Assembly: GCF_013122565.1 (NCBI RefSeq) | Contig: NZ_CP053258.1 | Length of the DNA: 64,000 nucleotides | DNA from: Escherichia coli | Lineage (GTDB): Bacteria > Pseudomonadota > Gammaproteobacteria > Enterobacterales > Enterobacteriaceae | Direction: 5' to 3' (one strand) | In this document: positions 1 through 15,677 of the stretch, in pieces | How the letters are laid out: every line of letters starts with the position of its first letter | Position numbering within the stretch: position 1 is the stretch's first letter | Made by a program: the position numbers and the translations under genes | Notes under the pieces: generated by a model | The model's input: the letters and a program-made list of their open reading frames with translations, nothing else | Told to the model about the DNA's origin: nothing | The model's database searches: none

Positions 1-157
1 ATACTAACTTTAGTTCGCTGGGTTGGCCTGCATCCCCGAGTTTTCCTTACTTATCTTCTCAGAGATGCGGCGTGTTTGAGAACAGTGGACAACAGGACTG
101 CGCTATTGCGCCAGGCAACACAAAAGGTTTTGTGACTTGTACCCAATAAGATGACCA

Positions 158-229
158 TGCCGATAAGGCGTTTGCGCCGCATGAGCCGGGAGCCTGTACC
201 GGATGCGATGCTTACGCATCTTATTCGGC

Positions 230-232
<3 letters not shown>
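158..232. repeat. REP (repetitive extragenic palindromic) element pair just downstream of xseA
   Basis: Two inverted copies of the GCCGGATGCG...CGCCTTATCCGGCCTAC-like motif (gccgataaggcgtttgcgccgcatgagccgg / ccggatgcgatgcttacgcatcttattcggcctac) read directly in the sequence. Confidence 0.7.
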
Positions 233-1636
<1,404 letters not shown>

Positions 1637-1698
1637 TTATTCAGTCGATAGTAACCCGCCCTCCGGGGATAGCAAGCATTTTTTGCAAAAAGGGGTAG

Positions 1699-1714
1699 AT
1701 GCAATCGGTTACGC
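1699..1714 (+). promoter_or_regulatory. Putative PurR operator overlapping the guaBA promoter
   Basis: gatgcaatcggttacg resembles the PurR box consensus ACGCAAACGTTTGCGT (about 11/16) and lies between the candidate -35 and -10; guaBA is a known PurR-regulon member. Confidence 0.4.
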
Positions 1715-1718
1715 TCTG

Positions 1719-1724
1719 TATAAT
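1719..1724 (+). promoter_or_regulatory. guaBA promoter -10 hexamer (TATAAT) with GC-rich discriminator
   Basis: Perfect TATAAT 44 bp upstream of the guaB ATG, followed by GC-rich gccgcggc typical of growth-rate-controlled promoters; the upstream region is A/T-rich (UP-element-like ttttttgcaaaaa). Confidence 0.55.
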
Positions 1725-1767
1725 GCCGCGGCAATATTTATTAACCACTCTGGTCGAGATATTGCCC

Positions 1768-3234
1768 ATGCTACGTATCGCTAAAGATGCTCTGACGTTT
1801 GACGACGTTCTCCTCGTTCCTGCTCATTCTACCGTTCTGCCGAATACTGCTGACCTCAGCACCCAGCTGACGAAAACTATTCGTCTGAATATCCCTATGC
1901 TTTCCGCAGCAATGGATACCGTAACGGAAGCGCGCCTGGCTATTGCTCTGGCTCAGGAAGGCGGTATCGGCTTTATCCACAAAAACATGTCCATTGAACG
2001 CCAGGCAGAAGAAGTTCGCCGTGTGAAAAAACACGAATCTGGTGTGGTGACTGACCCGCAGACTGTTCTGCCAACCACGACGCTGCGCGAAGTGAAAGAA
2101 CTGACCGAGCGTAACGGCTTTGCGGGCTACCCGGTCGTTACCGAAGAAAACGAACTGGTGGGTATTATCACCGGTCGTGACGTACGTTTTGTGACCGACC
2201 TGAACCAGCCGGTTAGCGTTTACATGACGCCGAAAGAGCGTCTGGTCACCGTGCGTGAAGGTGAAGCCCGTGAAGTGGTGCTGGCAAAAATGCACGAAAA
2301 ACGCGTTGAAAAAGCGCTGGTGGTTGATGACGAATTCCACCTGATCGGCATGATCACAGTGAAAGATTTCCAGAAAGCGGAACGTAAACCGAACGCCTGT
2401 AAAGACGAGCAAGGCCGTCTGCGTGTTGGTGCAGCGGTTGGCGCAGGTGCGGGTAACGAAGAGCGTGTTGATGCGCTGGTTGCCGCAGGTGTTGACGTTC
2501 TGCTGATCGACTCCTCTCACGGTCACTCTGAAGGCGTTCTGCAGCGTATCCGTGAAACCCGTGCTAAATATCCTGATCTGCAAATCATCGGCGGCAACGT
2601 GGCAACAGCTGCAGGTGCACGCGCTCTGGCAGAAGCTGGTTGCAGCGCGGTTAAAGTCGGTATCGGCCCTGGCTCTATCTGTACGACTCGTATCGTGACT
2701 GGCGTAGGTGTTCCGCAGATCACTGCCGTTGCTGACGCAGTTGAAGCGCTGGAAGGCACAGGTATTCCGGTTATCGCAGATGGTGGTATTCGCTTCTCCG
2801 GCGACATCGCCAAAGCTATCGCCGCTGGCGCAAGCGCGGTAATGGTGGGTTCCATGCTGGCGGGTACTGAAGAATCTCCGGGTGAAATTGAACTCTACCA
2901 GGGCCGTTCTTACAAATCTTACCGTGGTATGGGCTCTCTGGGTGCGATGTCCAAAGGTTCTTCTGACCGTTACTTCCAGAGTGACAACGCTGCCGACAAA
3001 CTGGTGCCGGAAGGTATCGAAGGTCGCGTAGCCTATAAAGGTCGCCTGAAAGAGATCATTCACCAGCAGATGGGCGGCCTGCGCTCCTGTATGGGCCTGA
3101 CCGGCTGTGGTACTATCGACGAACTGCGTACTAAAGCGGAGTTTGTACGTATCAGCGGTGCGGGCATTCAGGAAAGCCACGTTCACGACGTGACCATTAC
3201 TAAAGAGTCCCCGAACTACCGTCTGGGCTCCTGA
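1768..3234 (+). CDS. guaB: IMP dehydrogenase
   Basis: ORF 1699..3234 trimmed to the ATG at 1768 ([21 protein letters not shown]...); 488 aa; tandem CBS domains and catalytic [10 protein letters not shown] loop recognisable. Confidence 0.95.
   Translation: MLRIAKDALTFDDVLLVPAHSTVLPNTADLSTQLTKTIRLNIPMLSAAMDTVTEARLAIALAQEGGIGFIHKNMSIERQAEEVRRVKKHESGVVTDPQTVLPTTTLREVKELTERNGFAGYPVVTEENELVGIITGRDVRFVTDLNQPVSVYMTPKERLVTVREGEAREVVLAKMHEKRVEKALVVDDEFHLIGMITVKDFQKAERKPNACKDEQGRLRVGAAVGAGAGNEERVDALVAAGVDVLLIDSSHGHSEGVLQRIRETRAKYPDLQIIGGNVATAAGARALAEAGCSAVKVGIGPGSICTTRIVTGVGVPQITAVADAVEALEGTGIPVIADGGIRFSGDIAKAIAAGASAVMVGSMLAGTEESPGEIELYQGRSYKSYRGMGSLGAMSKGSSDRYFQSDNAADKLVPEGIEGRVAYKGRLKEIIHQQMGGLRSCMGLTGCGTIDELRTKAEFVRISGAGIQESHVHDVTITKESPNYRLGS
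1973..1981 (+). promoter_or_regulatory. Consensus DnaA box (TTATCCACA) inside the 5' part of guaB
   Basis: Exact 9-mer TTATCCACA about 205 nt into the guaB coding sequence; gua operon regulation by DnaA is reported in the literature. Confidence 0.45.
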
Positions 3235-3302
3235 TTCTCTTCGCCCGACTTCATGTCGGGCGATTTATATTATCTGTTTCACTTGCCTCGGAATAAGCGT
3301 CA

Positions 3303-4880
3303 ATGACGGAAAACATTCATAAGCATCGCATCCTCATTCTGGACTTCGGTTCCCAGTATACTCAACTGGTTGCGCGCCGCGTGCGTGAGCTGGGCGTTTA
3401 CTGCGAACTGTGGGCGTGGGATGTGACAGAAGCACAAATTCGTGACTTCAATCCAAGCGGCATTATTCTTTCCGGCGGCCCGGAAAGCACCACCGAAGAA
3501 AACAGCCCGCGTGCGCCGCAGTATGTCTTTGAAGCAGGCGTACCGGTATTCGGCGTTTGCTATGGCATGCAGACCATGGCAATGCAGTTGGGCGGTCACG
3601 TTGAAGCCTCTAACGAACGTGAATTTGGCTACGCGCAGGTTGAAGTCGTAAACGACAGCGCACTGGTTCGCGGTATCGAAGATGCGCTGACCGCAGACGG
3701 TAAACCGCTGCTCGATGTCTGGATGAGCCACGGCGATAAAGTTACCGCTATCCCGTCCGACTTCGTCACCGTAGCCAGCACCGAAAGCTGCCCGTTTGCC
3801 ATTATGGCTAACGAAGAAAAACGCTTCTATGGCGTACAGTTCCACCCGGAAGTGACTCACACCCGCCAGGGTATGCGCATGCTGGAGCGTTTTGTGCGTG
3901 ATATCTGCCAGTGTGAAGCCCTGTGGACGCCAGCGAAAATTATCGACGATGCTGTAGCTCGCATCCGCGAGCAGGTAGGCGACGATAAAGTCATCCTCGG
4001 CCTCTCTGGTGGCGTGGATTCCTCCGTAACCGCAATGCTGCTGCACCGCGCTATCGGTAAAAATCTGACTTGCGTATTCGTCGACAACGGCCTGCTGCGT
4101 CTCAACGAAGCAGAGCAGGTTCTGGATATGTTTGGCGATCACTTTGGTCTGAACATTGTTCACGTTCCGGCAGAAGATCGCTTCCTGTCAGCGCTGGCTG
4201 GCGAAAACGATCCGGAAGCAAAACGTAAAATCATCGGTCGCGTTTTCGTTGAAGTATTCGATGAAGAAGCGCTGAAACTGGAAGACGTGAAGTGGCTGGC
4301 ACAGGGCACCATCTACCCTGACGTTATCGAATCTGCGGCGTCTGCAACCGGTAAAGCACACGTCATCAAATCTCACCACAACGTGGGCGGCCTGCCGAAA
4401 GAGATGAAGATGGGCCTGGTTGAACCGCTGAAAGAGCTGTTCAAAGACGAAGTGCGTAAGATTGGTCTGGAGCTGGGCCTGCCGTACGACATGCTGTACC
4501 GTCATCCGTTCCCGGGACCAGGCCTTGGCGTTCGTGTTCTGGGTGAAGTGAAGAAAGAGTACTGTGACCTGCTGCGCCGTGCTGACGCCATCTTCATTGA
4601 AGAACTGCGTAAAGCGGACCTGTACGACAAAGTCAGCCAGGCGTTCACCGTCTTCCTGCCAGTACGTTCCGTTGGCGTAATGGGCGATGGTCGTAAGTAT
4701 GACTGGGTTGTCTCTCTGCGTGCTGTCGAAACCATCGACTTTATGACCGCACACTGGGCGCATCTGCCGTACGATTTCCTCGGTCGCGTTTCCAACCGCA
4801 TTATCAATGAAGTGAACGGTATTTCTCGCGTGGTGTATGACATCAGCGGCAAGCCGCCAGCTACCATTGAGTGGGAATGA
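3303..4880 (+). CDS. guaA: GMP synthase (glutamine-hydrolysing)
   Basis: 525 aa; [41 protein letters not shown]...; glutamine amidotransferase domain plus ATP-pyrophosphatase SGGVDSS motif; 68-bp gap after guaB indicates an operon. Confidence 0.96.
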   Translation: MTENIHKHRILILDFGSQYTQLVARRVRELGVYCELWAWDVTEAQIRDFNPSGIILSGGPESTTEENSPRAPQYVFEAGVPVFGVCYGMQTMAMQLGGHVEASNEREFGYAQVEVVNDSALVRGIEDALTADGKPLLDVWMSHGDKVTAIPSDFVTVASTESCPFAIMANEEKRFYGVQFHPEVTHTRQGMRMLERFVRDICQCEALWTPAKIIDDAVARIREQVGDDKVILGLSGGVDSSVTAMLLHRAIGKNLTCVFVDNGLLRLNEAEQVLDMFGDHFGLNIVHVPAEDRFLSALAGENDPEAKRKIIGRVFVEVFDEEALKLEDVKWLAQGTIYPDVIESAASATGKAHVIKSHHNVGGLPKEMKMGLVEPLKELFKDEVRKIGLELGLPYDMLYRHPFPGPGLGVRVLGEVKKEYCDLLRRADAIFIEELRKADLYDKVSQAFTVFLPVRSVGVMGDGRKYDWVVSLRAVETIDFMTAHWAHLPYDFLGRVSNRIINEVNGISRVVYDISGKPPATIEWE

Positions 4881-4904
4881 TTTGACCCTGCACTATGAAT
4901 GAAC

Positions 4905-4934
4905 AAAACCCTCTGTTACTACAGAGGGTTTTTT
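4905..4934. terminator. Rho-independent terminator between convergent guaA and yfgI
   Basis: aaaaccctctgttactacagagggtttttt: GC stem with A-run on one side and T-run on the other, so it could terminate in both directions. Confidence 0.75.
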
Positions 4935-4972
4935 ATCTTCAAGAATTATAGGCTTGAAGTTACTAACATCGA

Positions 4973-5512
4973 TTAATTAAACCAGCTGTCCGATTTGTTC
5001 TCTTCTGCTTTGCCCACGCTTTTCATCAGATCGCGACCGCCTTCAGTCATATTTCTGTTGGCGTCAGCTTCAGATTGCACCACATCGGTTTGCGCAGCTT
5101 TGTGCTTCAGTTCCTGATCGATAAATTCGTTTTCGCGCTTAACGCGGGCTTCTTCTTTCGCCAGCGCCAGTTTTTGTTTCTGAATCTCTAAGCTGCGTAG
5201 CTCATCTTCATAACTTTGATCGCGTTTTTTGTCCGCAGTGGCTTCGGCGTCCAGTTTATCCTGACGAGCTTTCTTATTTGCCGCTGCCGTTGCCGCTCTT
5301 TTGTTAGCGGCGGCCTGGGCATTTGCGCGACGTTGCTTCTCTTGCTGGATTTCCCTGTTGCGCTCCGCGACCCATTCGTCATGCTGCCTTTGCTCTTCAT
5401 TTTTACCTTGCTGTTCCGCTTCTGCGACAGCAGAGAGTTGATCCTGCAATGATGAGGCGATAGCCGGATAGCTTAAGGAGGCTAAGATGGCGCAAAGAAA
5501 AACTTTCTTCAT
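4973..5512 (-). CDS. yfgI: Secreted coiled-coil protein YfgI (charged, Ala/Lys/Glu-rich)
   Basis: 179 aa; N-terminal signal peptide MKKVFLCAILASLSYPAIASS followed by a low-complexity charged region; matches E. coli YfgI by position and sequence. Confidence 0.85.
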   Translation of the reverse strand: MKKVFLCAILASLSYPAIASSLQDQLSAVAEAEQQGKNEEQRQHDEWVAERNREIQQEKQRRANAQAAANKRAATAAANKKARQDKLDAEATADKKRDQSYEDELRSLEIQKQKLALAKEEARVKRENEFIDQELKHKAAQTDVVQSEADANRNMTEGGRDLMKSVGKAEENKSDSWFN

Positions 5513-5527
5513 GACTCCTCCTGATTA

Positions 5528-6046
5528 TTAGCTCTTTTCAGGACATTTGGTATTTGGCTGAATACGCGTTTCGTTATACGTCGTGGTAATAACAACGGCT
5601 AAACCTGTCGTAAACTGGCACTCTTTACCCACCTGGGTGGAGGTATACACTTTGGTGCCTTCCTTATACGTTAAAGAAACACCTTCCACTAAGGTTTTAT
5701 CATTCACCATAGAACCCGCTGCCGCGCCTACAGCTCCGCCGCCAACTGCACCTGCCGTCGTTCCGGAATTGCTGCCAGACCCGACGTTGTGGCCGATAAC
5801 ACCGCCAGCGACTGCGCCAATAAGCGCGCCGAAGGCTTGTGCGTTCCGTTTATTTTGGGAGTTGTCTACGGCAACTTTTGCGGGAAGAATGGAAATAATA
5901 TTAACGGTTTTAGTTTCTTGTTTGGTATTCAGTTGATCGGTTTGATAAACATCGGCGGCATGATCGTCAGCATTTGACTGGCATCCTGCCAGAGTGAATG
6001 ACGCTAACATTGCCACAGGCAGAAGACATTTTTTAAATTTCATCAC
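5528..6046 (-). CDS. yfgH: Glycine-zipper outer-membrane lipoprotein
   Basis: 172 aa; lipobox LAGC after the signal peptide; Gly-rich GxxxG repeats (GALIGAVAGGVIGHNVGSG...). Confidence 0.85.
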   Translation of the reverse strand: MMKFKKCLLPVAMLASFTLAGCQSNADDHAADVYQTDQLNTKQETKTVNIISILPAKVAVDNSQNKRNAQAFGALIGAVAGGVIGHNVGSGSNSGTTAGAVGGGAVGAAAGSMVNDKTLVEGVSLTYKEGTKVYTSTQVGKECQFTTGLAVVITTTYNETRIQPNTKCPEKS

Positions 6047-6356
6047 TATTCCTTGTTATACACATTACGAAAAATAAGACATTTAAGATCATCAAAAGAG
6101 GAAAGTAAATGTATTGCGTATAAAGGGATAGATTAAATTTATTAAAATTCACTCGGGGAATAATTTATAAAAATACATCATTACAACATATATATTAATT
6201 TTATATTTATTTCGCAGCCAAACAGGATAAACATCAGTCAGGACAAAGACGTAAAACTTAAGATGGAAGAATATCTGCCGCTTTGATAATCCCAAAGAGC
6301 AAAAGCATCCGACAGCGAAGTGCCGTTATGTTCTGTGAAAGTGGAGAAGGTAACCG

Positions 6357-6548
6357 CTAACGTTGTACCGGTGATTCGACGGAGAGTGTGGATTGCTGAG
6401 CTTCTTTTTTGCTCTGATGGTGCTGCCAGGCACCGACGGACGAGTAGATAAAACGGCCAAAGAAGAAGATAAAGCTGATGAGCAGTACGATACGGGTCAT
6501 GCGACTGTTAAATCGGTGTCGTTTTCGCATACTGGTTGCCTGACTCAC
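6357..6548 (-). CDS. yfgG: Small inner-membrane protein YfgG
   Basis: 63 aa; basic N-terminus and a single hydrophobic helix (IVLLISFIFFFGRFIY); lies in an AT-rich island. Confidence 0.75.
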   Translation of the reverse strand: MSQATSMRKRHRFNSRMTRIVLLISFIFFFGRFIYSSVGAWQHHQSKKEAQQSTLSVESPVQR

Positions 6549-6758
6549 AAAAGGTTCCTTGAAGTATGTCCCACGCTGTGGACGGTACTTACATTAAGGC
6601 ACAACAGGACAAAATGGTCAATTCTTCGTTATGTAAAAAAGCGTCAGCGGATACATATTTTAATGTTATGGAAGTTAATTTAATTATTTACAATGATGAT
6701 GTAATAATGATGAATTAACATGATAAACGTAATAATTCATTAATCAGGGTTATTTTGT

Positions 6759-6772
6759 TTGATATATATCAA
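6759..6772 (+). promoter_or_regulatory. FNR/CRP-family site (TTGAT-N4-ATCAA) upstream of pdeF
   Basis: Perfect palindrome ttgatatatatcaa about 130 bp upstream of the pdeF ATG; pdeF (yfgF) is reported to be anaerobically induced via FNR. Confidence 0.6.
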
Positions 6773-6899
6773 TTGGAACTTTCATATGACACTTAGAATC
6801 AATGCTCTCTATAGTGATGAATAATCATCATTCGAAGTCAGGTGGGATGCCTGTCTGAATACACCTCCTTCAGGATGTGGGGGATTCTGCTGAGCATCT

Positions 6900-9143
6900 A
6901 TGAAACTGAATGCAACTTATATAAAAATACGTGATAAATGGTGGGGGCTTCCGCTGTTCCTGCCTTCTTTAATCTTGCCCATTTTCGCCCACATTAATAC
7001 TTTCGCGCATATTTCTTCCGGTGAGGTTTTTCTCTTTTATCTGCCTCTGGCACTGATGATCAGCATGATGATGTTTTTCAGCTGGGCGGCATTGCCAGGG
7101 ATCGCCTTAGGGATTTTTGTCCGCAAATATGCAGAGCTTGGTTTTTACGAAACGCTCTCATTAACGGCTAATTTTATTATCATTATCATTCTCTGTTGGG
7201 GTGGTTACAGGGTCTTTACTCCCCGGCGTAACAACGTTTCACATGGTGATACCCGTTTAATTTCCCAGCGTATATTCTGGCAGATTGTGTTTCCTGCAAC
7301 GCTGTTTCTGATACTTTTTCAGTTTGCTGCGTTTGTAGGATTACTGGCGAGCAGAGAAAATCTGGTCGGTGTCATGCCTTTTAACCTCGGGACTTTAATC
7401 AATTATCAGGCCTTACTGGTGGGTAATCTGATCGGTGTCCCGCTGTGTTACTTCATCATTCGGGTAGTGCGAAATCCATTTTATTTACGTAGCTATTATT
7501 CGCAATTAAAACAGCAGGTTGATGTCAAAGTCACCAAAAAAGAGTTCGCACTCTGGCTACTGGCATTAGGTGCTTTATTGTTGCTGTTATGCATGCCGTT
7601 AAATGAAAAAAGCACAATTTTTAGCACCAATTATACCTTGTCATTATTGCTGCCCCTGATGATGTGGGGAGCGATGCGCTATGGTTATAAGCTGATTTCA
7701 CTGCTCTGGGCGGTCGTGTTGATGATCAGCATCCACAGCTATCAAAATTACATTCCCATTTATCCTGGCTATACCACGCAGCTGACCATAACCTCCTCCA
7801 GTTATCTGGTATTCTCTTTTATTGTCAATTATATGGCTGTATTGGCAACCCGTCAGAGAGCGGTAGTCAGACGCATTCAGCGGCTTGCGTATGTGGACCC
7901 GGTGGTTCATCTGCCAAATGTTCGCGCACTGAATCGCGCGTTGCGTGATGCCCCCTGGTCTGCGCTTTGTTATTTACGCATCCCTGGCATGGAAATGCTG
8001 GTTAAGAACTATGGCATCATGCTGCGGATTCAATACAAGCAAAAACTTTCTCACTGGCTGTCACCCTTACTGGAACCGGGTGAAGATGTTTATCAGCTTT
8101 CGGGTAACGATCTCGCGCTGCGACTGAATACAGAATCGCACCAGGAGCGCATTACCGCACTGGATAGCCATCTCAAGCAATTTCGTTTCTTTTGGGATGG
8201 CATGCCGATGCAACCGCAGATTGGCGTCAGTTACTGCTATGTGCGCTCGCCAGTGAATCATATCTACCTGCTGCTGGGAGAGCTAAATACGGTCGCCGAA
8301 CTTTCCATCGTGACCAACGCCCCGGAAAATATGCAGCGTCGCGGGGCAATGTATTTGCAACGCGAATTGAAAGATAAAGTCGCGATGATGAATCGACTAC
8401 AGCAGGCGCTGGAACACAACCATTTTTTCCTGATGGCCCAGCCGATTACCGGTATGCGTGGTGATGTTTACCATGAAATTCTTCTGCGCATGAAAGGTGA
8501 GAATGATGAACTGATCAGCCCCGATAGCTTCTTGCCGGTCGCGCACGAATTTGGTTTATCGTCGAGTATCGACATGTGGGTCATTGAGCATACGCTGCAA
8601 TTTATGGCTGAAAACAGAGCGAAGATGCCCGCTCACCGTTTTGCTATTAATCTGTCTCCAACCTCGGTATGTCAGGCTCGTTTTCCTGTTGAAGTCAGTC
8701 AGTTGCTGGCTAAATATCAGATTGAAGCGTGGCAACTTATTTTTGAAGTCACCGAAAGTAATGCTCTGACCAATGTTAAGCAGGCGCAAATCACCTTGCA
8801 GCATCTTCAGGAATTAGGCTGCCAGATTGCGATTGATGATTTCGGCACCGGCTACGCCAGCTATGCGCGGCTTAAAAATGTGAATGCCGATCTGCTTAAA
8901 ATTGACGGCAGTTTTATCCGCAATATTGTGTCAAATAGTCTGGATTATCAGATAGTGGCATCGATTTGCCACCTGGCGCGAATGAAGAAAATGCTGGTAG
9001 TGGCAGAGTACGTTGAAAACGAAGAGATCCGCGAGGCGGTGCTCTCTTTGGGGATCGATTATATGCAGGGTTATCTTATTGGTAAGCCGCAACCGTTAAT
9101 TGATACGCTGAATGAAATCGAACCCATTCGCGAAAGTGCCTGA
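6900..9143 (+). CDS. pdeF: Cyclic-di-GMP phosphodiesterase (MASE1 membrane domain, degenerate GGDEF, EAL domain)
   Basis: 747 aa; multi-helix hydrophobic N-terminus; C-terminal EAL-domain signatures (EVTE...DDFGTGYAS...KIDGSF); equals YfgF. Confidence 0.9.
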   Translation: MKLNATYIKIRDKWWGLPLFLPSLILPIFAHINTFAHISSGEVFLFYLPLALMISMMMFFSWAALPGIALGIFVRKYAELGFYETLSLTANFIIIIILCWGGYRVFTPRRNNVSHGDTRLISQRIFWQIVFPATLFLILFQFAAFVGLLASRENLVGVMPFNLGTLINYQALLVGNLIGVPLCYFIIRVVRNPFYLRSYYSQLKQQVDVKVTKKEFALWLLALGALLLLLCMPLNEKSTIFSTNYTLSLLLPLMMWGAMRYGYKLISLLWAVVLMISIHSYQNYIPIYPGYTTQLTITSSSYLVFSFIVNYMAVLATRQRAVVRRIQRLAYVDPVVHLPNVRALNRALRDAPWSALCYLRIPGMEMLVKNYGIMLRIQYKQKLSHWLSPLLEPGEDVYQLSGNDLALRLNTESHQERITALDSHLKQFRFFWDGMPMQPQIGVSYCYVRSPVNHIYLLLGELNTVAELSIVTNAPENMQRRGAMYLQRELKDKVAMMNRLQQALEHNHFFLMAQPITGMRGDVYHEILLRMKGENDELISPDSFLPVAHEFGLSSSIDMWVIEHTLQFMAENRAKMPAHRFAINLSPTSVCQARFPVEVSQLLAKYQIEAWQLIFEVTESNALTNVKQAQITLQHLQELGCQIAIDDFGTGYASYARLKNVNADLLKIDGSFIRNIVSNSLDYQIVASICHLARMKKMLVVAEYVENEEIREAVLSLGIDYMQGYLIGKPQPLIDTLNEIEPIRESA

Positions 9144-9149
9144 ATAATG

Positions 9150-9176
9150 CGGGCCGACATTTCTCGTCGGCCCGCA
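9150..9176. terminator. Hairpin between convergent pdeF and ppx (probable bidirectional terminator)
   Basis: gcgggccgacatttctcgtcggcccgc, a 9-bp GC-rich stem, in the 38-bp convergent gap. Confidence 0.55.
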
Positions 9177-9181
9177 AAGCA

Positions 9182-12794
<3,613 letters not shown>

Positions 12795-12965
12795 TACCAC
12801 TTTTACTCCGTTTTATTCACGGGACACTGCCTGGATATTATGGCGAGCAATATTGGCAGATGTCCAACTATGCCAGAAAAGGGGGAAAAAAACTGCTGGA
12901 GCTTGCGATTTACAGGTGAATTGAAAAACGCCAGCGGCAGAGCTGGCGCTTTAACTACGGGGGCA

Positions 12966-13603
12966 TTACTCGTCGGCAGCGTAGCCCTGCGGCGGCAGAC
13001 ATTGACCATCCAGCCACGCGGCGTTTTCGTGCATTTTCAGACGACCATCGGCAAACCAGCTAATCACCAGCGGATAAATAGCGTGTTCCTGGGTTTGCAC
13101 GCGGGCGGTGATGTCATCTTCCGTATCACCAGCAAATACCGGGACTTTCGCCTGTAAAATAACCGGGCCACCGTCCAGTTCATCGGTGACGAAATGCACC
13201 GATGTACCGTGCTCTTCATCGCCATTTTCCAGCGCCTGACGATGGGTGTGTAATCCGGGATATTTCGGCAGCAGAGAAGGGTGAATGTTCAGTAAACGCC
13301 CGGCATAGTGGGAGACAAACGCCGGGCTGAGAATGCGCATAAAACCAGCCAGCACGACCACATCGGGTGCGTACATGTCGATTTCATGAATCAACTCCCG
13401 GTCATAGGCTTCACGACTGTCAAACGCGCTGGCGATGAGCGTATGCGTTGCAATACCCGCCTGGCGGGCGCGTTCAAGGCCGAACGCGTCGGCCTTATTG
13501 CTGAAAACTGCCCGTACGGTGCCTTTAATTTTGTTGGTTTTACAGGCGTCAATAATTGCCTGTAAATTACTTCCGTTGCCGGAAATAAGCACCACAATAT
13601 TCA

Positions 13604-13604
<1 letters not shown>
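12966..13604 (-). CDS. purN: Phosphoribosylglycinamide formyltransferase 1
   Basis: 212 aa; MNIVVLISGNGSNLQAIIDACK...; its start overlaps the purM stop (TAATG), indicating translational coupling. Confidence 0.95.
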
Positions 13605-14659
<1,055 letters not shown>

Positions 14660-14705
14660 TTACTTGCGGTAGAAAAATAAAATTCGGCGCAATTCTAACA
14701 GGGAA

Positions 14706-14721
14706 AGCAAACGTTTGCGAG
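14706..14721. promoter_or_regulatory. PurR operator upstream of purMN
   Basis: aagcaaacgtttgcga, a near-perfect palindrome matching ACGCAAACGTTTGCGT at 14/16, about 65 bp upstream of the purM start. Confidence 0.75.
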
Positions 14722-14965
14722 ACTGCTTTACACAACCTTTTTGCACGTCTTTTCCCCAGGCGCGCGGCGAAAGAAGACTTGTGCCAGGGCAAAGGTTAGT
14801 TTTCGGATGGAATAATCTTCTTTCATAACCATTTGAATATAAAATAACTTTATCTCAAACCGTTATCATTTTGACTAAAGTCAACGAAAATAATATTGCC
14901 GCCTTGAAGAAAGGAGGTATAATCCGTCGATTTTTTTTGTGGCTGCCCCTCAAAGGAGAAAGAGT

Positions 14966-15592
14966 ATGAAGATCGTGGAAGTCAAACACCCACTCGTCAA
15001 ACACAAGCTGGGACTGATGCGTGAGCAAGATATCAGCACCAAGCGCTTTCGCGAACTCGCTTCCGAAGTGGGTAGCCTGCTGACTTACGAAGCGACCGCC
15101 GACCTCGAAACGGAAAAAGTAACTATCGAAGGCTGGAACGGCCCGGTAGAAATCGACCAGATCAAAGGTAAGAAAATTACCGTTGTGCCAATTCTGCGTG
15201 CGGGTCTTGGTATGATGGACGGTGTGCTGGAAAACGTTCCGAGCGCGCGCATCAGCGTTGTCGGTATGTACCGTAATGAAGAAACGCTGGAGCCGGTACC
15301 GTACTTCCAGAAACTGGTTTCTAACATCGATGAGCGTATGGCGCTGATCGTTGACCCAATGCTGGCAACCGGTGGTTCCGTTATCGCGACCATCGACCTG
15401 CTGAAAAAAGCGGGCTGCAGCAGCATCAAAGTTCTGGTGCTGGTAGCTGCGCCAGAAGGTATCGCTGCGCTGGAAAAAGCGCACCCGGACGTCGAACTGT
15501 ATACCGCATCGATTGATCAGGGACTGAACGAGCACGGATACATTATTCCGGGCCTCGGCGATGCCGGTGACAAAATCTTTGGTACGAAATAA
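14966..15592 (+). CDS. upp: Uracil phosphoribosyltransferase
   Basis: ORF trimmed to the ATG at 14966, preceded by an AAGGAG RBS; [24 protein letters not shown]...; 208 aa. Confidence 0.95.
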
Positions 15593-15608
15593 AGAATAAA
15601 AATAATTA

Positions 15609-15637
15609 AAGCCGACTTTAAGAGTCGGCTTTTTTTT
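15609..15637 (+). terminator. Hairpin plus T-tract between upp and uraA (intra-operon terminator/attenuator)
   Basis: aagccgactttaagagtcggcttttttt: 9-bp stem followed by 8 T. Confidence 0.7.
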
Positions 15638-15677
15638 GAGTAAAGCGCCTATAACACATAATACAGAGGATAATACT

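Noticed and set aside
1771-3186. 471-aa ORF on the minus strand entirely inside guaB
   Set aside because: It is antisense to a well-supported, highly conserved gene; the translation is low-complexity (Thr/Arg/Phe-rich) with no recognisable domain. This is a typical codon-bias shadow ORF.
3249-3269. Hairpin cgcccgacttcatgtcgggcg in the guaB-guaA spacer as a possible terminator
   Set aside because: The stem is short and the following tract (atttatattat) is not a clean U-run; guaB and guaA are co-transcribed, so at most this is a weak attenuator or processing site, which is not enough to call a feature.
6393-6683. 96-aa plus-strand ORF overlapping yfgG
   Set aside because: It overlaps the better-supported small membrane protein gene yfgG on the opposite strand and extends into the AT-rich promoter region; no RBS.
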